64,000 nucleotides of DNA from Octopus vulgaris (Eukaryota): contig OX597822.1 in the NCBI GenBank assembly GCA_951406725.2, positions 59,396,001-59,460,000 on the forward strand. Direction: 5' to 3'. The notes below the pieces were generated by a model. That model saw only the letters and a list, made by a program, of their open reading frames with translations, was not told the DNA's origin and did not search any database. Both the position numbers and the translations under genes were made by a program. How positions within the stretch are numbered: the first letter of the stretch is position 1; every line of letters begins with the position of its first letter. This document shows, piece by piece, positions 12,290 to 25,356 of the stretch.

Positions 12290-12849
12290 TACTTGCTGAA
12301 ATAATGAAAGTAATATCGGTCGTTGACTTGTATTGTTTTTATCTACGACATAATTATTTCTACTTAATTTTTTTTAATGAATTCTGCTTTAAATATGTCA
12401 ACACCAGTTTAGCTAGTATTACAAATTCTTATGAAATCTAATAAATTTACTTTATATCAACCCAGCAAATTCTGTGAAGCGGCCGAAATAGGATGATGCA
12501 TATGTAAAACATTTAATTACAAAGAAGCTAGAAAATCCATTTCAATCCAAATCTATTCGTATGCCAAGAATTATCAGCTTAGTATTGGTAAGAATCGGTA
12601 GCTCGTGATAGTGTTATGGTTGTGGACACTACTTAGGTTTCAACGACGAGAATTTTGTAGTTCGGTCAACTGAACCACCCACTAATTGAATTTATGTGAT
12701 TAAATAGAAGAATTCTGAATTCGCTAGCCACACAACTTCATTCCTATTGATATACTATAGCAGCTCTTTTCTTAATTATTTTGACCTATAATTCTGCATT
12801 GGCCGGAAATCACAGCAGGACTTATGCCTGGTCAAATAGACTATTGATA

Positions 12850-14040
12850 TAAAAATTACATCAAATCTGGTTCTTTTGTGCTGAAGTCCAATTACCATTT
12901 GACCATTACATTTGTAGATATATATCTAAACATACTTGGAAAAGGATGCGTGGCGTTCGATCAAATAATAATATAAATAATATATAAATAAATACATATA
13001 TACATACATATATGTACATACCTACATATATATGTATATATATACATGCATATATGGGTACAGGACATCAAAAAGAAAACGTTGAACACAATGAGAAACG
13101 AAAACATAAAAACAGACATAGAAACGAACTTTTTTTCAAACAACGAAAGAAACAGAGAAACGAGACAAAGAACATAAAGAATATTCTCCTTCTTCAGTTG
13201 TCCCTGTTTCATCTACTCACGCATGTATATATACATTTACATGTAGGTATGTACATATATGTATGTATATATGCATATATTTATATATTATTTATATTAT
13301 ATCTAGACATACTTGACAGATAGATATGACTGAATAACTGGCTTCAATACTGACATGAACTTTGAAGATGCATAAAAGGAAAGAGTTGAATGATACCACC
13401 TACTATATGCCAATTACAATTTCTTGGTGTTGCACACCGAATGTAGTGGCGAAAGCCTTTATCTCCTGAGTTTCGTTTTTTGTATAAAGGATCACCATCC
13501 CGATTTCTCTGAGTTTCTTGAAGAAAAACTTGGGATATCTTTTGTGTATTTTCCTGCTTTCAGGAAAATACACAAGTGACAACAAGGAACATGACGCCCG
13601 TACTTCGACATCATTTAGTGCATTCTTTTAGATTTGGTAGGATTTGAAATCTCTTCACTGATCAATCTGATATAATCTATCTAACTTGCACAACTCTTTA
13701 TCTGTAAGCCTCAGCAAAATGTGGATGTGTGACAAACCATACTTTTCCTTTGGATGGAATACATGTAATATATACAGACTCAAGAAACAACACGTTTTTG
13801 TAATACGACTAATAAATGGAATAACTTTCTAGCAAAACGCTCTGCCGAATATTTGTGTTGGTCTATTGTGTTGGTAATATTTGTGTTGGTCTATTTGACC
13901 AGGCATAAGTCCTGCTGTGATTTCCGGCCAATGCAGAATTATAGGTCAAAGTAATTAAGAAAAGATCTGCTATAGCAGGGCACATGACATAGTAACCTGT
14001 GAATATTCATGCGTGCTTCTCGAAACATACACAATATTTT
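12850..14040 (-). mobile_element. Highly degraded Helitron Rep-domain remnant
   Basis: Minus-strand fragments in the expected order: TYNSAxPEITAGLMPGQ (motif 1, TCNPxWxEI..L..GQ), YGLSHIHILL (GLPHxHIL), KRYPK..QETQ..DGDPLYKKR, VHVSIE..KYV. Confidence 0.6.
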
Positions 14041-15584
14041 GTCATTTGAATCTTTATCTAGAAATATAAACAACGTCTCTGAAATACGAGGTGCATTAAA
14101 GCGCTGTTTTCATGAAGTTCTATTAGCATGAACTATTATTTAGCAGAATGTTTGAATTAGTTTATCCAAAGTATAGCTAAAATGATTAGTGTAATTATCC
14201 CGATAATGGAAGATTTCTTAAAGGTCTTAGACAATTTCTTCTCTGACAGCTGGAGTATTTCTGCAGCACTGTTGTACCTGATGCAGCATATCACTCTTGT
14301 AATGAATCTGAAGCATTGCTTCTTCTTTTGGCAAAGGTAAAAGAAGAAACAGCCAAATAGTAAATCAGTCTCATTAAAAGTTGGCATCCATCTTTCTTCT
14401 AGCTTGTAGTACCAAATGAGATTATTTGAAAGTTGGATTTGTATCTATATGTGTGTGCATGCATGTATGTATGTGTACATATAAGCATGTACATATGTGT
14501 GGAGGTGTGTATATTATCTGATACGCACATGCGCGTGTACACACACGTATGTATACAGACACATATATGTGTGTGTGTATATGTGCGTGTGTGTGTGTGC
14601 ATGTGGATGTACGAATGTATATACACACATCCACACATATGTACATGCTTATATGTACACATACATACATACATGCACACACAAATTTTTAATTTATGTT
14701 ATCTATATATATATATATATATATAACATAAATTAAAAATATTGGTCATGGCATATAATTCCTTTATTGGTGAGTTGTTTCCAGTACTCATTATAAGTAC
14801 GTTACTGATAGATTTAATCAATTGGTCTATTGATCAGTTGAGAAAAATTGAACCACCAAAGCAAATTAATGCAACTTTCAGCAGAGCCATTTCTGGTTAT
14901 AACAAGAAGAGCGCTGAAGGAATAAAATTGTTAGCCTGGTGTGCCAACAGAGGGTTTATGACGTATTTGCCGGGATGATAATCCCTCACTATATATATAT
15001 ATATATAAAATACATGCATATATGGGTACAGGAGTCACTAACAGTAAACAACATGAAATACGAAAGAACATGAGTTCGATACGCAAACAATGAGAGAAAC
15101 AAATGGAAAACAGGACAAGTAACATAAAGAACGACCATTCATCAGTTGTCGGCTGTCTATCTACTCCTCATTTCGAGCATTGAAGGACAATATGAGTCTT
15201 CGAAGACAGTTACTCTCATTAGTATCAAAATAAAATTTGGGATTTATGGAGGGAAACAAAAACAGGACAGTAGAGCCATACAAGGAAACCGAACGCAAAC
15301 AAACATGGAGGCTCGTTAGAGCAGAACGAGAGTAAAACAGCGAACGTTGAATAAGTATTTTCTTTGACAAGAGAAAAGATAGAAGAGAGAGATAGGATAC
15401 CCGCTGTACTTGAGACACTCATGAAAGAAAAGAAAGATGATCACGTGAGGAAAAGAAAGATGGATGATGGTCACGTGTGAGCAACGGGAGAGAGAGAAAC
15501 GGAGAAAGAGGGAGATAGAGTGAGGAGAGAGAGACAGATAGAAAACGGTGAAGGGGAGGAGAAGGGAATTAGAGAAAGGATGCC

Positions 15585-15885
15585 CATTTGATACCGCTGG
15601 TTACAGCACGCTATCCACTCCTCTCTGAGTCGCGTCTTTCTCATCCACGTGATCCCAATCGCTCTCCGGAAATCGTAACTCCACCGTCGTGGAGGCCTTC
15701 CGAGTGGTCGTTTCCGCTCACGCGGGTACCACTCGAGAACTGCGCGGGTCCACCGATTATCGGTGAGGCGGGTGACATCTCCAACCCATCTAAACTTGCT
15801 GCGTGTATATTCTACGATGACATCCCGCACGCCGGACTTCTCTCCGATAACCTCGCTACTGATGTGCTCTCTGAAAGAGATTCCA
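15585..15885 (-). mobile_element. RTE-clade LINE C-terminal fragment
   Basis: KFRWVGDVTRLTDNRWTRAVLEWYPRERKRPLGRPPRRW. Confidence 0.85.
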
Positions 15886-16302
15886 AGATTATATATATAT
15901 ATGACAAGCAAAGAAAATTTCTATAAGATATGAAAGTAGTGACTATACTGACAAGTAATGCTTGTTGCTACTTCAACATGGCTGCTCTGTACGAACCGAC
16001 GTTACTACCATTTTCACCCCCAAGAGGAGGTTTCCTCTAGTTGGTTATCGATGCAATCTGCATCCGATATGTATTGCAAGCAGGGGAGCGAACTTCTACC
16101 ATTTTCTAGCGACTTGACAGGACCAGTAGACCGTCTATTTTTGCCCATCCTCAGTGCGCGTGTACATGCATACATACACACATTAGTATCAAACTATCTT
16201 TTGTGTCACGCTCCAGATTATGAAATTCAAGCGAAGAGATTTACTATTAGTGATACAACATGTATATTATGCATATATATATATATATATATTATTAGCT
16301 AT

Positions 16303-16622
16303 GGAGGCGCAATGGCCCAGTGGTTAGGGCAGCGGAATCGCGGTCGGAGGATCGCGGTTTCGATTCCCCGACCAGGCGTTGTGTGTTTATTGTGCGAAAA
16401 CACCTAAAGCTCCACGAGGATCCGGCAGGGGGTGATGGCGACACTTGTTGTACTCTTTCGCCACAGCTTTCTCTCACTCTTTCTTCTTGTTTCTTGGGGA
16501 ACGCTGTGATGGACTGGCGTCCTGTCCAGCTGGGGGGAACACATACGTCCACAGAAACCGGGAAATCGGGCCCATGAGCCTGGCTAGGCTTGAAAAGGGC
16601 GCATAAATAGAATACAAAAATA
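16303..16622 (+). mobile_element. tRNA-derived SINE family C with TSD
   Basis: A box TGGCCCAGTGG, GTTTCGATTCCC, V-domain-like GCTGTGATGGACTGGCGTCCTGTCCAG; TSD ATATATTATTAGCTA (16287-16301/16623-16637). Confidence 0.88.
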
Positions 16623-16671
16623 ATATATTATTAGCTAAAGTCACATGCATGACGTTGTAACGTGGTTAGTT

Positions 16672-16728
<57 letters not shown>

Positions 16729-16985
16729 CAAAAAGAAAGAAGAGTGTTAGCGGTGAGAGGTAGGAAAAGAATGTTGTGATATTATGGGGTTAAATAGTTA
16801 CCTGAAGGAAGAGGTAGAGAAATAGAAGGTATTTAATGCAATATAAAAATAAAAGTTTAGTTATTGTTATAGGTTTTAATGTTAAAAGTTTTCCATATCT
16901 ATCTCTTAACGTATTTAATCTATTGACATAGAGACATCGACGGATAGTAGATGGAAAAAATAGACAGATAGCTATATCAATAGAT

Positions 16986-17304
16986 TTTATTATTTATTTA
17001 TGCACCCTTTTCAAGCCTAGCCAGGCTCATGGACCCGGTTTCCCGGTTTCTGTGCCGTATGTGTTCCCCCCAGCTGGACGGGACGCCAGTCCATCGCAGC
17101 GTTACCCAAGAAACAGAAAGAAAGAGTGAGAGAAAGTTGGGGTGAAAGAGTACAACAGGGATCGCCACCACCTCCTGCCGGACTCTCGTGGAACTTTAGG
17201 TGTTTTCGCTCAATAAACACACACAACGCCTGGTCTGGGAATCGAAACTGCGATCCTCCGACCACGAGTTCGCTGCCCTAGCCACTGGGCCATTGCGCCT
17301 CCAC
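16986..17304 (-). mobile_element. SINE family C with TSD
   Basis: Reverse complement of 16303-16602; TSD ATATCAATAGAT (16974-16985/17305-17316). Confidence 0.88.
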
Positions 17305-17446
17305 ATATCAATAGATAGTTAAGCTAAAGTGAAATGACCTTAGCCACCAGATAGCTGTAGACGCTAATCTTTTACGTATTTTGGACCAATGACTATGACT
17401 ATCACAAACATTACTAAGTTTTTCTTGTTTTTCAATAGGTTTAGAT

Positions 17447-17630
17447 CACGCCGGCAAAATGTATATCGGCATTTCGTCTGTGTTTACGTTCTGAGTTCAA
17501 ATTCCGCCGTGGTCGACTTAGCCATTCACCCTTTCGGAGTCGATAAAATAAGTACCAGTTGATCAGCGGGGTCGATATAATCAATTAACTACCTCCCTTG
17601 AAAATACTAGCCTTGTACCAAAAGTTGAAA
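17447..17630 (+). mobile_element. SINE family B
   Basis: GAGTTCAAATTCCGCCGTGGTCGAC core. Confidence 0.8.
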
Positions 17631-17678
17631 GCATTTTTTGGTTTAAATGCCTATCCGTATTGTCAGAATCGACAAATA

Positions 17679-18199
17679 CCGTAAATCCTCGAGTATAGTC
17701 CGCACTTGAATATAATACGCAGGGGAATTTTAGGGTGCTGTACCTCTGAAAAACCTAAGCCTTGTGTATAATACGCAACCCTTCTCTAACTTGTGTCAAG
17801 GAGGTCTATATAACGTCCTTGGTTTGTAAAAATGTATACGGTAACGTCCTTTATTATTATTGTACATATATCATAATGCAAACGTGTAACTTTTTTGTGC
17901 ATTTTGTTTGCAGAAAATAAAGAAATAACAGTAATAACAGTAATAACGTTTAATAAATGTTGCTTACTGCAAGTTATGGATTGTTCTTTTATGGCTTCAT
18001 TGCTTTCAGGCTTAGCTTAAGGTATTTTTGTGTCCGATATCACAAAATGCGTCTGAGTAAACATTGCCGGACAGAAAATAGAGACTCAGACATTGCTTAG
18101 AAAATATTTTTCATTTTTAACCTCGTATGTAGTACGCACTAGGGATTTTGACCTTTAAATTTTAGGAAAACAATGCGGATTACACTCGAGTATTTACGG
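17679..18199. mobile_element. MITE, second copy of the 5632-6490 family
   Basis: Same TIRs and shared terminal ~110 and ~200 bp, different interior. Confidence 0.88.
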
Positions 18200-18284
18200 C
18201 ATGTACACCAGCAGAAAGAAATGCGGATAGGTAGATAGGTAGGTAGGTAGGTATGTAGTAGGTATGTAGATAGGTAGGTATGTA

Positions 18285-18701
18285 GGCGGCGAGCTAGCAG
18301 AATCGTTAGCACGTCGGGCGAAATGCTTAGCGGTATTTCGTCTGCCACTACGCTCTGAGTTCAAATTCCGCCGAGGTCGACTTTGCCTTTCATCCTTTCG
18401 GGGTCGATAAATTAAGTACCAGTCACGCACTGGGGTCGATGTAATCGACTTAATACCTATGTCTGTCCTTGTTTGTCCCCTCTGTGTTTAGCCCCTTGTG
18501 GGTAATAAAGAAATAGGTATTTCGGCTGCCGTTACGTTGTGAGTTCAAATTCCACCGAGGTCGACTTTGCCTTTCATCCTTTCGGGGTTGATAAATTAAG
18601 TACCAGTTAAGCACTGGGGTCGATATAATCGACTTAATCCCTATGTCTGTCCATGTTTGTCTCCTCTATGTTTAGCCCCTTGTGGGTAATAAAGAAATAG
18701 G
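18285..18701 (+). mobile_element. SINE family B dimer
   Basis: Full head plus two core units. Confidence 0.88.
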
Positions 18702-19070
18702 TATGTAGATGGATAAATAGATACCTAGATGGAAAGGGAGGTAGGACTACCGATATAGATGCAGATATAAAGATAGATATATTAATAGACAGATATGAAA
18801 TGAAAATAATCAAAAAGTACCTTGACTTGGACTGAGTGTAGTTACTAATAAGTGTAGTGGTGGTGGTGTCAGTAGAGATATTAGTGAATGGATGTGGCGA
18901 TGGTGCAAAACTGTAATTATTTGCTCGTTTTTAAATTTTATATTGCTTATCACTTAACGCATGTGCTTTCGTACAGTGGGTTATCGCCTACTTAAATCGA
19001 AATTTATATTTTGTTTACAATCTATGAGCAGGAGTGGTTGTGTGGTAAGTATATGTGGTAAGTATATATA

Positions 19071-19496
19071 GGCGTAGCAGTGGCTGTGTGGTAAGTAGCT
19101 TGCTTACCAACCACATGGTTCCGGGTTCAGTCCCACTGCTTGGCACCTTGGGCAAGTGTCCTCTACTATAGCCTCGGGCCGACCAAAGCCTTGTGAGTGG
19201 ATTTGGTAGACGGAAACTGAAAGAAGTCCGTCGTATATATATATATATATATATGTATATGTATGTATATGTGTAAGTGTGTTTGTGTGTCTGTGTTTGT
19301 TCCTTCAACATCGCTTGACAACCGATGCTAGTGTGTTTACATGCCCCGTAACATAGCGGTTCGGCAAAAGAGACCGATAGAATAAGTACTAGGCTTGCAA
19401 AGCATAAGTCCTGGGGTCGATTTGCTCGATTAAAGGCGGTGCTCCAGCATGGCCACAGTCAAATGACTGAAACAAGTAAAAGGGAGTAAAAGAGTA
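19071..19496 (+). mobile_element. SINE family A
   Basis: Full-length match to 10951-11376. Confidence 0.9.
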
Positions 19497-19594
19497 ACCA
19501 TAGACGACATAAGCTAGCAAGAAAAAGAATGAGAAGATTTGGTACGGCGTTTGTAGGGTGTTAAAAATTATCAGCGTAGAGTTGCCGGATAATA

Positions 19595-20288
19595 TCTTTA
19601 TATATAAAAGTGAAGTTGTGTGTCTGTCTCCTACGATTTAGATTCCTAACTACTCCCACATTTTGCGGTGCAGTTTAACCAAAACCGGGTATCTTATAGT
19701 CGTGATTCATATCGAGCCCTTCTGGGTATTAGCGCGCGTCTACGATGAGTCTACGATTTTTAAAATAATTTACCATCATTTTTTCCATTACACTCCCTTC
19801 CCCACAGCTTCACGAGGGAGGGAAGAAGGGGGAGAAGCAACACAGGTGCAGGTGTGAGCATGGACGCCAACTCCGCCGCCATCGACACACGAAAAAATTG
19901 GAAGAAATGGAAAAAAATGATGTTAAATTATTTTTAAAATCGTAGACTCATTGTAGATGCGCGCTAATACCCAGACGGGCTCGATATTAATCACGACTAT
20001 AAGATACCCGAATTTGGTTAAACTGCACCGCAAAATGTGGGCGTAGTTAGGAATCTAAATCGTAGGAGACAGACACTCACACAACTACAGTTTTATATAT
20101 ATAGATGTCTTCGATTGTATTCCGTAGATAAGACTGTTTATTTGTTGACGTAAAGTGAAAAACAATAGCTTTCAGAGATGTTGTTTCTGTTGATTTTTAC
20201 TCCATCTTATGATTCAAAGGCTTCTGAAAAGTATACAATTTAATCAGACAACTTTCAAAATAACTGGAATTTTCACGGGTACTGCTAG
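19595..20288 (+). mobile_element. Non-autonomous Helitron-like element with inverted duplication of its 5' end
   Basis: A|TCTTTATATATAAAAG start; ~195-bp inverted arms 19595-19789/19906-20105; CACGGGTACTGCTAG|T 3'-end-like motif at 20274-20289. Confidence 0.65.
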
Positions 20289-21304
20289 TTTATACTATTT
20301 GTAAAACTGATAAATAATTATTTTAAAGTTCCGTACAGTTTTATTAGCGTGTATGGTACCTCAACAACATCAGTGGTTTGAAGTGTATACGATAAACACA
20401 TACATTCTCACGCATATATATACATAAATAATACAAAACGCACATACACACACACAACACTAAAACACGCGCGCGCCCAGAGACACACTTGCACATATAC
20501 ACATAGGATAAGTTGTCTTTTCACAAATAGAAGTATGAAGTAAAGAAAAGAAGTTGAAATGCATATGAAGCTTTTTAAAAAAGATTTATTTACATCTACT
20601 TAACCAGTTTCACAATTTCATGAAAGGAAATGTGAGATGGAGGGACTTGGATCTGTTGCATTTCTCTCGATCTGGAGCAATGGCATATTTGTCTCGGTAA
20701 GTATGACATAGCTCCCGGTTTCTCTATCTTACATTACATTTGAAAATAATAAAATTGTTACGCCGGTTAAAGAAAAGTAAAGAAGTGTTAAAAAACATTT
20801 CAAGTGCATTTTCAATTTCTTTTCTTTTCTTTAAACACACGCACACTCACTCAAGGCTAGAGTAGAAAAAGAAACTTGATGAATGTTCTACTCAGGAGGG
20901 CGGAGCGAATTCAAAAGCACTTGTTTACGAAGCGAACTTTTGAATCATAGAAACATATTTACAAGTGTAATGCTGGTTTAATATTTTTGGAATTCACAGC
21001 TCAGTGGATTATTTACTATACTGAGTTCTCTGGACTTGTGAAGTTAAAGTCTAGCCAGTTAAGCTTTGCTCTAATATAAAAACAAGGATGTTATGCAGAA
21101 TATTAAAATATGCTAAAATTTCTACGTAGTCGTAGAAAAGCAGAACAATATCATAGACAGTTTATGTCTTCGATTTCGTTAATAAATAACAACTCACATG
21201 GTAGAAAATGTTACAAGTATCTAACAAAGTATATAGCTTTCAGAGACTCTCCTGACATAAAACATGGACTGTTACATCATCTAAAGAATTGAATTCTTTT
21301 ATAA

Positions 21305-21682
<378 letters not shown>

Positions 21683-21744
21683 AATACACGCACATACACA
21701 CATTTATACATGCACACACACACACCTATATACTTAGCTACTCT

Positions 21745-22161
21745 AGGCACAAGGCCTGGCATTTTTGGGGAGGGGGCCAGTCGATTAGATCGACGCCAGT
21801 ATGCAACTGGTACTTAATTTATCGACCCCGAAGGGATGAAAGGCAAAGTCGACCTCGGTGGAAACTGAACTCAGAACGTAAAGACAGACGAAATACCGCA
21901 AAGCGTTGCGCAAGGCATGCTAACGTTTCTTATTTCTTTACTGCCCACAAGGGGCTACACACAGAGGGGACAAACAAGGACAGACAAACGGATTAAGTCG
22001 ATTATATCGACCCCAGTACGTAACTAGTACTTATTTTATCGACCCCGAAAAGATGAAAGGCAAAGTCGACCTCGGCGGGATTTGAATTCAGAACGTAGCG
22101 GCAGACGAAATACCACTAAGCATTTCGCCCGGCGTGCTAACGATTCTGTCAGCTCGCCACC
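21745..22161 (-). mobile_element. SINE family B dimer
   Basis: Core repeated twice in reverse. Confidence 0.85.
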
Positions 22162-22940
22162 TTTACACGCACGTATGTGTTATTGCGTTCATATATTTCC
22201 CTGTGAAATAAAAGTACACTCTATGACAAATAAAAGTACACTCTATGACAAATTCTGTAGTTATACAGTTCTATATTTAGTTACATATTAGAAATTGAGT
22301 GTTATTAGCTCTGAAAGTGAATATAATAGTCAATTTCTGTAGCTGCCCGCAGGGATGGTCGCAAACTCGTTTATTGTGATGTTTCATATAAAACATTTAG
22401 ACAAGGAAATTTAATTTCAGAACGAAGAAATCTCTGTGATACGAAATTATTTATGTATTTTATTATTAAATTACGACACTCACGATATGTTTAGAAGCAT
22501 AAGGTTGTTAATTTCACTTAAAAACCATATGGGAATACAATAAACGTGTGGAGAAATGGTGTTAAACCTTTTCTGTGTTTATCACCAACAGTTTAATTTC
22601 TAAAGTTTATATAAACCGAATAGTTAAATCCCAAACATTCAAACGCCTACTTTATTATCTAGAATATTTAGATTCAGAAGCCCCTAAGGAAGCAGTATAA
22701 TTATTGAAACGGGTAAATTTCTATAGGGAAAAGCCTTTTTAAACAAAACAAAAGTAGCGGAGCTCTTTTGTTTTGTTTAAAGCCACATAATTCAGTGAGT
22801 CAAATTTCTTTCTGAAAACGATGAGGATAAAACAATTTTACAGGATAAAATATATGCTAGAGGTTTTAATAGTATGCAGAAATAGTCTTCAGTCGAAATA
22901 TCGAAGAAGTCATTACCTATACAAAATATTTATTTATACA

Positions 22941-23123
22941 GGCGCAGACTTGGCTTCCTTCCCAACATCATGGTTCTGGGTTTAGTCCCGCTGCATGGCA
23001 TTCTGGGCAGGTGTCTTCTACTATAGTCTCGGGCCAACCAAAGCCTTGTGAGTGGATTTGGTATACGAAAACTGAAAGAAGCCCGTTGTGTGTGTGTATG
23101 TATATATATATATATATATGTAC

Positions 23124-23176
<53 letters not shown>

Positions 23177-23445
23177 TATGTATATATATATATATATATA
23201 TGTGTGCGTTTGGGGTGTGTTGATTTATGTGTGTGTGTCTTTGTGTCTGTGTTTCTCTCTCTGCCTCACAACCGATGTTGGTGTGTTTACGTCCTCATAA
23301 CTTAGCGGTTCGTTAAAAGAGACCGATAAAATAAGTACTATTCTTACAAAGAATAAGTCGATTTCTTCGACTAATGACCCTTTAAGGCGGTGCTCCAGCA
23401 TGACCTCATTCAAATGACTGAATCAAGTAAAAGAATAAAAGAAAG
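22941..23445 (+). mobile_element. SINE family A
   Basis: Diverged full-length copy. Confidence 0.85.
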
Positions 23446-23522
23446 AAGTACCCAGCTCTAACAGTTAGAATTTGACGATTTTTGTTATAGAGAAAGGTTG
23501 TCACAGCTTAATATAAATATAA

Positions 23523-23960
23523 AGGCGGCGAACTGGCAGAATTGTTAGCACGCCGATACTTAGCAGCATTTCGTCCGTAGTTACGTTTTGAGTTCAAATT
23601 CTGCTGAAGTCGGCTTTGTCTTTCATCCTTTCGGAATTATAAAATAAGTGCCAGTTGAGCATTGCGGTTGATATAATCGACTAACCTCCTCCCGCGTAAT
23701 TGTTGGCCTTGTGGCAAAATTTGAAACCAATATAAATATGATATAAAGACGGTGAACATGGAGAATAATTCGCGCGCTGAGAAAAATGCTTTAGCGGCAT
23801 TTCGTTCGTCTATACGTTCTGTGATTAAATTCCACCGAGGTCGACTTTGTCTTTCATCCTTTCGTAGTCGATAAAATAAGTATCAGTTGAGCACTGGGGT
23901 AGATGTAATCGACGTACTCCCTCCCCGTAAATTGCCTGCCTTCTACCAAGATTTGATACC
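23523..23960 (+). mobile_element. Two SINE family B copies
   Basis: Heads at ~23523 and ~23748 with core. Confidence 0.8.
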
Positions 23961-24334
23961 AAAATAGATACAATGTATTTAGTGACAACTAATGAATCAA
24001 GTGCCTAACAATGTTAAAGTCTACTTTATTACACTGTTCCAATTTTCTAACGCGCGCAGGCACGCACAACCTCATGCACAGTTAAATGTTTACACCATAT
24101 AACCTAGTTTGAAACATAATTTCAACACTAAGACTTCAAGTCGAACTTTAGATTTTTTGCTACAGTGTTGGCAGTTCATTGTCTGTTGTTGGCTCATCGT
24201 CCTTTATATGGCTGTGAGAATTCACGTTTATCCTAAGAAGTTTACTTTAAAGAACGTTGCTGCTATTTAACCTCAGGTCAAGCCTATTCGACGAGACCTA
24301 TGATCAATAGCATTTCACCCCTGAACATCTTGTC

Positions 24335-24372
<38 letters not shown>

Positions 24373-24887
24373 CAACATTAACAATGTGATTTTCTTTTAC
24401 GACGGTTATGTGTGTGTCCAATGAAATTTTATTGCTATTTCTAGTTGGTCAAGCAACAATGCTCTGCATTGCAGATTGTTAGTTTGCGATGTTGAGTTAA
24501 TTTACCTTTTCCTGTTGGAATCTTTTACAGTAACGTGTGTTCCATTATGTTTGGTTAGTCTCTCTCGTAGCCTCATCATTCTCTCTGAATATAAGCATAT
24601 GTATATATATAGTGCAAATAAGAAAATGGAGAAACGTATTAGTTGGTTCGTCAACTTTAGGATATTAAAATGTTGACTTATTTATTTATCAAAACGACAA
24701 CCATAATAACATACATACATCATCATCATCATCATCGTTTAACGTCCGCTTTCCATGCTAGCATGGGTTGGACAGTTCAACTGGGGTCTGGCAAGCCTGA
24801 AGGCTACACCAGGCCAGTCAGATCTGCCAGTGTTTCTACAGCTGGATGCCCTTCCTAACGCCAACCACTCCGAGAGTGTAGTGGGTG

Positions 24888-25185
24888 ATTTTATGTGCCA
24901 CCGACACAGGTGCCAGACGAGGCTGGCAGACGGCCACGCTCGGATGGTGTTTTTTATGTGCCACCGACACAGGTGCCAGACGAGGCTGGCAGACGGCCAT
25001 GCTCGGATATGGTGTTTTCGGTGTTTTTTCTTATGTGCCACCGACACAGGTGCCAGACGAGGCTGGCGAACGGCTACGATCGGATGGTGTTTGTTACGTG
25101 CCCACGGCACGGAGGCCAGTCGATGCGGTACTGGCTACGGTCCCGTTCGGATGGTTTTCTTATGTGCCACCGGCACTGGTACCAC
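24888..25185. repeat. ~63-80 bp tandem repeats in the RTE 3' UTR (4-5 units)
   Basis: TTATGTGCCACCGACACAGGTGCCAGACGAGGCTGGC..CGGATGGTGTTT repeated. Confidence 0.9.
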
Positions 25186-25356
25186 AAGGATACAAATTCC
25201 ATTGATGTTCATCTATTTTGATTTGGTTTGACTTGATTCGATTTGACTTTGATTGATTTGATTTGCCTCAACAGGTCTTCACAAGTGTCACAAGCAGGAA
25301 GGTATGCACAGGTGGACTGACTACGTCCCAGGTAGGGGCCACGGGTTATGGCTTCA

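Noticed and set aside
14157-14387. 76-aa ORF with hydrophobic C-terminus
   Set aside because: No recognisable domain or splice context; expected by chance in AT-rich DNA
15130-15185. Minus-strand GAAA...CTGATGA arrangement (related sequence at 13180-13220)
   Set aside because: Could not assemble hammerhead stems I-III convincingly
20590-20700. Minus-strand GAAACTGGTTAAG resembling a hammerhead 3' half
   Set aside because: No intact CTGANGA partner found
22205-22253. 22-bp tandem duplication AAATAAAAGTACACTCTATGAC
   Set aside because: Ordinary slippage duplication
24888-25185. CRISPR-like repeat periodicity
   Set aside because: Eukaryotic context; intervening segments are homologous rather than unique spacers; lies in a LINE 3' UTR
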